Made by a program: the position numbers and the translations under genes. This document shows, piece after piece, positions 11,507 to 20,300 of a DNA stretch of 33,726 nucleotides (position 1 is the stretch's first letter; every line of letters starts with the position of its first letter). This stretch comes from Catajapyx aquilonaris (Eukaryota): positions 1-33,726 of the forward strand of contig JYFJ02004285.1 of the NCBI GenBank assembly GCA_000934665.2, given 5' to 3'. A model generated the notes under the pieces. That model was not told where the DNA came from. It worked only from the letters and a program-made list of their open reading frames with translations, and did no database searches.

Positions 11507-12187
11507 TATTAGCTGCCGATATGATCAGATGCCACCTTAGCAATGAACCTGTTGGCCTTGCCTGAGCAGGTTCACAAAATTTCGCTGAATTTGCACGTGA
11601 CGTAAAACCGATAAGGTCAGTGCACACGGCACGCAATAAAGCAAGTTCCTAGTAGGCTTGGTACGTCATCGTCATGCACTACCTGCTACCTATCACAGTG
11701 TTGTTGGATAAAATAAACTACACAGCATCGCATCCGACATTTATTACACTTTTAGAGACTTTTTTCCCCCTTAAAAACGTCTTATAGAACAGCTCTCTGT
11801 CCGTCCGTCTGTCTGTGAACAGGTATCAGTGCATAAACCGCAGGAGATATCGACAAACTGTTTCCGGATTCGGATTTGGCTGACCCTAAATAGGTTTCAT
11901 GGTCAACTTCCGGTTTTCCGGAGTCACTATATCCGCCAAGGTCAAGTCTAGAGACGGGTGACTTGTGTTTCTTAGCAAAGAGCAATGAGACAGACAGCAT
12001 TCTACGTCATTGTTGTAGAATCGCATCGGGTTCGACGTGTCGTATCATATCGGGTTTGTCATGTTGCTCAACGAGAAAAGTCTACTCGAATCACGCTCTG
12101 GTGATTTGCCAATCTTGTTTATTTTTTTAAAATACTCCATACATGGGTTTGGTTTTACATAAAATTGGTTAATTTCCCAGTGGCGTA

Positions 12188-14124
12188 TTACACCCTCTGG
12201 GTGTATCTCTTGTCCTTCGTCATGACCAGTCTTCCTGCTCCGTACCTCCTGTACTTGCTTTTGACCCTGTCCTTCCTGTCGGCGGTCCTTCCGAGTAATG
12301 TGTTGCGTCGCTTGCCTCCATAACGCGCGTATTGTCGCGGCGCGTGGGACAACCTCTTGCCTCTGAACATGTGCGGGGTGTTCCATGCTGCCATACCGCG
12401 ACGATATGCGCGACGACTGTACGGTTCGTCCGCCATGTTCCACCTTGGGTCTTCAGGCAGTATGGGCATGTGCATGTTCCCGTCTTTCTCTCCGTGTGGA
12501 TGGAAGTTGGCCGGTGCGAACTGGTTCACTTGGGAGCCCATCTTGCGGTGCTTCCTCAGACGTATCAGCTCCGGACCGCGGTACACCCCGGTACCGCCAG
12601 TGTACTGGCTGTCCACTGCGTACATGTTTCCTCGTTTCCAACCCTGAGGTGAGAAGCGGTGCGGCATGTGGGACATCTTGGAGTAGTAGCTGCCACCACC
12701 GACGCCATACCCGTCATACCTAGTGTTGTAAACATTAAATTTGCGATGATACAACCGGTCAACACTATAGACGATTTTTTACGAGAGCAATTGCGCACCA
12801 CAGTTCGCGCAGCTTGCAGGGTTAGCATTATCAATGATACAGTCGACGTCACGTTCAGCCCCGCCTCCAACCGTCTCTTTCCTCCAATCATGTCCCCGAA
12901 TCGCTCTGCAAGCATGCTACTGCGCATGCTCAGAAAACACAGTTGGTGTGACGTCAGATCGTTATGTATTTAGGAAACAAACGCTGCACTTATTTCCAAC
13001 GCTACTCTTGGTGGAAGGCCAACGTTTGCGATGTTGCCAAAGGTGGCAAGTAACTCTGGCAACGTCCCAATAGCAGAAACACCAACACACTCACTATGCA
13101 GATAGCTTACTAAAGATATAATTGCCAACCCTGCAAGCTGCGCGAACTATGTTGCGCACTCGGTTGCGTTAGTTAAAAAATTCATATAAAATCATACCGT
13201 CGTCTCCATTTTTCCGCCATGACCCGCTTCCATGCCTCCATCTTCATCTTCCTCTTGGGCTTCTCAAGGTCTTGGTATCTGGCTTGGTACCCTTGGTACC
13301 TTCGAGTCGGCGCCTGGTACTCCTGGTCATCTGGAGGCGCGGTGGGTCCTACTGACGGCAGGTCGTCGGACAGTTGGGCCTTTGCTTCTTGGACGGACAG
13401 CAGCTGGCAAATGTACGGGTGGTGTTGGGTACATGCTGTTGCGTTCCATCTGAATTTATCTTTGGACAGAAGCAGACAGGACTCTTCGGACGGATTGGGG
13501 TCGGACAGAAGCCAGGAGGTGAAGTTGAAGGCCTGTCCAGAAGCCTCCCATTGCCACTGGTTGGTCTTGGACAGGAAGACGCCGCCAAGCCAATGGCTCC
13601 TGCCTCCCTCTGAAAAGTTTATAGTATATGTAACAACTGAACCAGTTCCGGAACCGGACAACTTACGCTCTTTGACACTGGACACCACTGCCCTGTTGTC
13701 CTCATCAGAGTAGATGGCCGCCAGTGTCCCTCCCTTCTTGCGACAGTTCTCCAGAGCATCTCCCCACGAACCAGTCACTTCACCACTGAGGAACAGACAC
13801 TTTCCGTACTTCCAGATGAACTCAGGTGGACATGTTCCCTTCTCCACTTTGACCTCTGAAAAGTGACAAAAATGGTGACACTGCCTGGCGAAAAGACTGT
13901 TGGTTACTTACTCGTCTTTGATTTTTTGTGCGGCAATGCTCTAGCTTCATCCAGTTCTTCTGCTTCCTTCAGGTCAGCTTTCTTCTTGGGCTTTGTAGCA
14001 GAGGCATCTGAAAATGTTTCGGACATTAGTTGAACGAATGGTTGCCCGTTTGTCTCCCAGTACCTAGAGCCGGTACGCATAGGCAGCAGACGGCGAGCAA
14101 CGTCAGAAGCAGCCGAGTGTCCAT
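12188..14124 (-). CDS. Secreted C-type lectin domain protein with a long basic Tyr/Gly/Arg-rich C-terminal extension (429 aa, 5 exons; a 257-aa form ending at 13182 if the last intron is not spliced)
   Basis: Exons 14124-14064 (signal peptide MDTRLLLTLLAVCCLCVPAL), 14007-13912, 13855-13667, 13609-13198 and 12719-12188 total 1290 nt in frame. CTLD: CPPEF..KCLF..SWGDALENC..GGTLAAI..WLGG..WQW..FTSW..DPN..CLLL..WNATAC..YICQ. The CTLD exons are high confidence. The join to the last exon (CG|GTATGA..CTAG|G, phase 2 on both sides) is inferred. Confidence 0.8.
12770..13184. mobile_element. Putative MITE inside the last intron of the C-type lectin gene
   Basis: 32-bp inverted repeats at 12792-12823 and 13127-13158 (2 mismatches), degenerate outer arms and TATA on both flanks (12766-12769, 13185-13188). 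Removing it leaves a 59-nt intron, the typical size in this window. Confidence 0.55.
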
Positions 14125-14157
14125 CTTGGAGTGTTCCTAATAGTAAGGCACTCGTAG

Positions 14158-14166
14158 CCTTTTATA
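14158..14166 (-). promoter_or_regulatory. Candidate TATA box of the C-type lectin gene, within a 274-bp divergent intergenic region
   Basis: TATAAAAGG on the minus strand about 35-40 nt upstream of the ATG at 14124. Confidence 0.45.
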
Positions 14167-14398
14167 GACTTGGTATTGCCTGGAGAAAACAGCAGAAAAA
14201 ACAACGACGTGTGACATGCCAAAGAGAGCACAACATGTGAAAAACATGCGTAAACCGCATAGCATACCGCTGGACGCAAACATGTTGTTGCGGAGTGGAC
14301 GTCACTAGAAGCCGATGCCCGTGACGGGGATACATTCCGTCAGTTCATAGCGATTTTGTAGGGTCTTCGTTGCATAGTTGGAAACACCAAGTTCGAAG

Positions 14399-15861
14399 AT
14401 GGGTGGTCGATGTGTGCTCTCTGCTTTGGCCATGTTTGCTCTCATTACAGGTTAGTTATACTTTAATTCAGTGCAATATTTTTTTGAAACAATGAAGGTA
14501 ATTACAGGGTGTACGGGAAACGCCGGATTCAACATCAACATTCGTCGTAAGTACAACGGAGGTCCGGTCAATCCGGAACCGATGGAAGCCACATGCGTGG
14601 ACGATCTGATGTCGAAAGGGATACGCGTACCGCATGTACCGCTAGTGCCATGCCCAAAGAACATGACCTGCCGTACCCGTACCTGCATTTACCTAGAAGC
14701 CACACCGCAGTCCGCGGACAAGGAAGGGACGGCACATCGGTTCAACACGGATGCGGACACTGGCGTCGTTCACGTAGGGGACGACGATCCTTCCCACATA
14801 CATCGGGCACGCGTCAGCCCGCGCGTCCAAGTGCAGCCCCAAGCGACAAGGTCACGCACGCACGACCTGGGAGACGACCTGATCGCGATGGACACTCTGA
14901 AGGACGACGACACTACCGCCAAATGGGTCGAGTACGACCATCGACAACAGCAGGTGGTGCCGATTCTGCAGCACAGCGGCGAGAAGGAGGCGGAAAAAAC
15001 GCTAGTGGAACCTAGCGTCGAGGACAAGGAGGAAGAAACGAAGACAAAGAGCAACGAAGACCAGACATCATCGACGATAGACTTTGACACTCAGGTAATG
15101 TCGCTTCATTGACGTTAAGCCGCGTTTACATGTGAGCGATCCGCTCAGCGATGTGAACCGCTCACATGCAAACGCGGCGAATTTTTCGGCGATTTTTTGT
15201 TTGGGGGCGAAAGTCGCCGAAAAATTCGCCTCTTATCGACATGGAAAGTTTTCGTCGATTTTCGCCCCCCAACGAATAACATACCAACATTAAGTTTTCG
15301 CGATTTTCGCCCCAAAATTGGATTCATCGCTCAGCGATGCGATTCGCTCAGCGATGAAACTAATAGTTTGAATCGCCAAAAAAATCGCTCCAAACAATAT
15401 TGGTATATAAACGCGGCCTTTAAAATGACTTATTGTGTCATCAACAGGGCGAAAAAAGCATTGACGAAGAGACGTCGACGCAGGTTGATGCCGAAGCACC
15501 GGATAAGAGCCATGAGGAGGCGACGTCGACGATGGCAGACTACGAGACACCTACGGAGAAGAGTGTGGAGGATCCAACGTCGACGATGGCAGACTACGAG
15601 ACACCTACGGAGAAGAGTGTGGAGGATCCAACGTCGACGACTGTTGATGTGGAAGCACCGACAGAGAGAAGCGTAGAGGAGACAATGACGACAGGCTTTA
15701 AGATGCCAACTGAGAAGAGCCTCGTGACGTATGATGACACACCTCAGGATAAGCTGAACAAGAAGGGCAGGAGGAAGAAGGGGAGGAAGGGTGAGAAGAA
15801 GAGGTCCAGGAAGAGGAAGATGAAGGGAGAAGCAAGTGACGAGGGAGACAAGTCAGAGTAA
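14399..15861 (+). CDS. Secreted protein of unknown function (350 aa, 3 coding exons): signal peptide, small Cys-containing N-terminal region, acidic ~18-aa repeats, Lys/Arg-rich C-terminal block
   Basis: Exons 14399-14450, 14508-15094 and 15448-15861 are in frame (1053 nt). Signal peptide MGGRCVLSALAMFALITGCTG. One repeat unit (TSSTIDFDTQ|GEKSIDEE) spans the second intron, which supports that junction. Probable 3'UTR intron at 15864-15922 and AATAAA at about 15981. Confidence 0.75.
15119..15417. mobile_element. MITE (possibly PIF/Harbinger-like) in intron 2 of the secreted acidic-repeat gene
   Basis: TIR GCCGCGTTTA (15119-15128) / TAAACGCGGC (15408-15417) in a TTA/TAA-rich context. Internal palindrome GGCGAATTTTTCGGCGA..TCGCCGAAAAATTCGCC (15176-15230) and repeated GCTCAGCGATG. 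Removal leaves an intron of about 54 nt. The TSD is not clean. Confidence 0.7.
15524..15639 (+). repeat. Coding tandem duplication, 54-bp unit (TSTMADYETPTEKSVEDP x2, plus degenerate flanking copies)
   Basis: ACGTCGACGATGGCAGACTACGAGACACCTACGGAGAAGAGTGTGGAGGATCCA is repeated twice; boundaries approximate. Confidence 0.9.
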
Positions 15862-16152
15862 AGGTAATGACCGTAAAATGGGTCGGTGTTTAACACAGTA
15901 GAAATAATCGTCATTATTTTCAGAGCAAAACTGCTCATGAGCAGTCTGCAGGAGTGGCTTCCAAAGTTGTCGACAGTTGAAATAAAACATGCTTAACATG
16001 CCCCTGATTTTCATTGAACTTTTTCAATCAGCTGAAAATTTTCGTTCTCCAAAAGTTGCCAAAAGTCCATTGTTTTTGGATCATTTCTTTTTAATTAGGA
16101 ATTCCTTTTTAGACTAGCAAATGGCAATATTCAGCCAACAATGACAACACAA

Positions 16153-16176
16153 GGGGGGGGGGGGGNGGGGGGGGGG
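16153..16176. repeat. Poly-G tract containing an ambiguous base
   Basis: Run of G with one n. Confidence 0.9.
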
Positions 16177-17396
16177 AAATTATGCTCATCAGTTATTGGT
16201 CACTTTCCTGGTGCGTGTTATAGTATGCTCCACATCATTCACATATGTATAGAAAATGTCTTTTCACTTGTACGAAACATTGATCTAATCAGCACTGAAA
16301 AATGTGCACAGGTCAGGTTTGAGAGGAATTGAAGGAAAAATATTGTGCAAAGATATGTTACTTTACAGCCCCCTCCCTTTCTTGCACAACAAAGGAGTGG
16401 TTATGTGCTAAAAATTGGTCACATGTAAACAGTTATTACTCGTAGCATTGTAGTATACCTAAGTACAAAAGGAGTCTTGCATAGTGACAATATTTTTGCC
16501 TTCCTTTCTCACATTTTTTTTTTCTCAGCTCTTTTTTTTTTTTTGGTTTTACTTTTCTTCCCTCTAAAAATTACATGTGAAAGCTATTATCAACAGCGTG
16601 TGTACAAATAAGCACATTTCAGTATGTACATGAATTTAAGTACATGCCATGTAAGAATTAATACATCAGACGTTTTGGTATATTTTACGGCACACCTGCA
16701 CACGCACATAACTTACAGGTGTTTTCACAGGACAGGCAATGGTTATATGTAGGTGAAAAAATGTAGGCATGTGTGTGACTATGTGCATGTGTAGTGTAAT
16801 ATGAGCATGAGCAACAATTGCACACACACAGATGTATACAAATAACATCACTGCATTGTGTATGAAAATGTAGGCATGTGTATTAAGTCAATACACATGT
16901 GACTATCCGCACCTGCTGCAACTATGCGTTATACACAGGACTTTTACACATGTACATGTGTGTATAGATTAGAGTACAAAAAGAAAATGTTCACCAGTTG
17001 ATTGCACTTTGCAATTCTGCCCTCGACAGTCTCCCAACAAAACATGGGGCTCTTATATTTTTTTTCTCTCTCCAAAATTTACACCACAAAAGAAACTCCG
17101 ACAGTCACTCTGCATATAATATGTACATGAAACTGTACAATTTCCGCACTCATTTTCGCATTGTTGTCGCACATGGCCACCAATATTAATCCTGCTTCTT
17201 CAGCTCTAAACTATGGGTGGGCAAAATTATACAATTGCTAAACAAACCCTGTTGCTTTTTTGTGATAAAAAAAGAGGTGCTTGTGTTAGAAGTCTCCAGC
17301 TCCGGACGTTTGCTGTATTGTTGGCAAAGTGGCCGTAGGGATTGTTGAGTCGTCATCGTCAGCCCCACCTCCAAAGAGGAAGGGCTGTATCATAAC

Positions 17397-20300
17397 TCAT
17401 GGTTTGAGCCTCTTGAAGCCCACTCCCTCCTGGCCGAGACGCAGCTCCTCGTACAGCGTTGGTGGGACTTCGGTTGGGCCCGAGGATGACGAGTTGGACT
17501 GCTGTTGGCCACGTCCATTTGACACCCCATCAGTTGTTGAAACCTGTTTTGCGGCAATGTATTAATGTCATGACTGATTTTTTCCTGTGCACTCTACAAT
17601 AGTACCAGACAGACCTGTGAGTGTGCCGCGTCTGCATTGTTGGCAACCGCAGCCGCATTGGCGTTTGCATTCATCTCTCTGAGGTATGACGGGTTCTCAA
17701 ATGCCACTCCTCCGGCTGTCTTGAGACTGAGGAGTCTTCTCCTCCTCAGGAACCACACGCCTCCTCCAAGAACGGCCATTACTAGCACCAGAGCTAGAAT
17801 CACACCAACGGCCACACCAACCTGTGGTGGGCTGCTGTCATCTGGAAAAAAAAATGAAAGCCAAATCTTAGTAACCGCAGCTGCTGATTTCATGCACATT
17901 AGCACTTACCTGTGCTTGCGGATGTAACAAACTTCGGAAGAGTAACAAACTGCACAGGCTCTGTTAACACGCTTGTCCCGTAGTGGTTTCCAGCCTTGAC
18001 CACGCACTCGTAAGGTGTGGTCTCCTTCAATCCGGTGACCAACAGAGTGGTCTCCTTGGTGTCATTCTTGATGGCCTGCTTGGCTCCAATGGGTCGCCAG
18101 AACACCCTGTATATCTCCACCACTCCAGGGTTCTTGGCAGGTGGGTCCCAGCTGAGCTGGGCTGTCCGGGAGTCTATCACTTGCACCCTTAGGTTCAGGG
18201 GAGGACCAGGCAGACGTTCCTTGCCCTCCTGGAAGCAGTTCACTATGTGCTTGGTGAAGGAGAGGCCGCACAGCTTGCTGTTTTCCACAGGGTCGCCTCG
18301 GCACCAGTCCAAGCAGCGGCGGGGGACACCCCATTGGGAGCAGCAGCTTCGGTGGTCGGAACCATCTGGCGCAGGAAATAAAAATTAGTTTCATTAGAAT
18401 TCAATGAGGTGTGTGTAGAAATGGCTATTTCTGGATAATTATGTAAGTTGTGAATACTGCTCACCTGCAGCACATCTGACCAATTTGTTGAAGTCCGGTA
18501 TGCACTCAGGCTTGTTGAGCACTTGGTCCACATCCACGTAGATATCGCAGGCATCCAAGCAGGCTGCACTCACGTTTTGATCTGCACAGCATTGGCTTAT
18601 GTTGGATGTACCCTAAGGCATGAGAGATGAAATGTTTAGTACCATGAAAAACAGTACGGCAATAACAGTGGAAGTACCGTTGGCTTCCTTATTCGCACTG
18701 TTACTGTCTGCGTGTATGTTCCAAACGCATTCACAGCATGACAGTAATATGATCCCGAGTCGTCCTCTTGAACACTCGTTATGGTCAGCTGCATTAAGTA
18801 GTGATTTTGATCCTGCAAATGTCACACCAATCAGTAATGTATCAAAATTCATATAAATGTGCCTCATAAGGAATGCACATACATCTAATGGCCTGTTGTC
18901 CACGGAGAACCTTCCACCATGAATGATGGGTACTCTTCCACCTTGGTCCCTCCAGAAGACCATGCTTGGCTCTGGGTGAGCCTCGACCCGACACTCCAGC
19001 ACAGCCGTATCACCCAGTAGAGCCATGGTCACACCAGATGCGTTGATATACGGCCGATCTGCAACATCCCTTGCTATTAACACGAAACTGACCTACAAAC
19101 GACAGACACACTCACGGCTAATGTTGATCCTCCTGGAGGCTTGCATGGGGGTGCCGTAGCCATTGTCAGCATAGCATGCAACGTTGTCCATGTCTCTGGT
19201 GACATTGTGAATAACTGTTACCATATGTCTGGTCCGCTCCTGTCTCACAAGTCTGCCTGACACGTACAAGGACACTTTGGGCAGAGGGAGGCCCATGGCA
19301 ATGCAGAGGACGGTCATGCTTCCACCTTCCATCACAAGGTTGAGTGGACGGATGGTTGGAGGCTGGCAAGGTAAACAAGAAAACGCGGTAAGTATTGAAA
19401 GTCATGCTTCCTGGCCAGCAATTATTTTCAAATGCTCTTGGCTCACTGAACCAAATCCTCCTAACCAAAAATTGTTTCACTGTCATAAGTTACCTCCACG
19501 AAAGCAGGGTATGCTGGGTCAGTCCAAGCAATGAGTGTCTCCGAAGGCGAGCTCTCCCCCTTTGTATTGTTAGCAGTGACGTACACCACATGCTGAGTGT
19601 TGGGCCTCAGTTCACCCAAAAGCATTGAGGTCACCAATGTTTCTCGGACAGTAAAGTTGGTTTCGGACATTGCCTTGCTGTGGACCCTGCAACAAAAAGT
19701 CGGCTCATTAGTCACTATTATTTCACAGATTTTCAGAATGGTGTACTCACCTGTAAGTAAATGTTTCAAAGTGATGGCTTATTTCAGGCGGCTGCCACGA
19801 TATGGACACCCATGTTGCGCTGTGACTGGACACCACCAATGAGTGAGGGGCGGACGGAAGGCCAGATATGGACGTTCCATTGAAAGCTGTCGGGCAAAAA
19901 TTTAAATAAATTATCGCTGCAACAATACTGGTCATTGGAAATAAACATAATTCAGGTCCAGCTCATGTGACTCCCTATGAGAGCTACTTACCACTGGATG
20001 ATACATTGAGGAGAAGGACAGACGATGGAAGTGACGATCCGTGCTCATTGATTGCTACAACTGAAAACCTGTACAATGCTCCAATAGCCAGACCACTAAT
20101 GTCAATTGGAGGCTGACTTGCATTGACCACAGTTTCCTTCAGCGGCTCAATCTTCCCATCTTCAGCTGGGCCTGGTGTGGTAGTGGCCAGGGCAACATCC
20201 ACAGCTCGGTAGTGCACCTCATACCTTCATGAAGGACATTTCAAATTTATTGCACTGGTAAAAATTGAGAAATGAAAATATTAAACATACCCAGCTGGGG

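Noticed and set aside
12188..12754. Stand-alone protamine-like or viral core-like gene
   Set aside because: The ORF starts at TTG within intron-like sequence and is better explained as the last exon of the lectin gene. Not fully excluded.
12720..13197. Introner-type intron created by a transposon with GGTATGA target duplication
   Set aside because: The inverted repeats are 40-70 nt inside the splice sites rather than terminal. A MITE inside an older short intron fits better, and the 7-bp repeat may be chance.
13610..13666. 19-aa insertion (KLSGSGTGSVVTYTINFSE) in the lectin domain; similar read-through at 24152-24211 and 20983-21039
   Set aside because: These are ordinary GT..AG introns of 57-60 nt that happen to be stop-free multiples of three.
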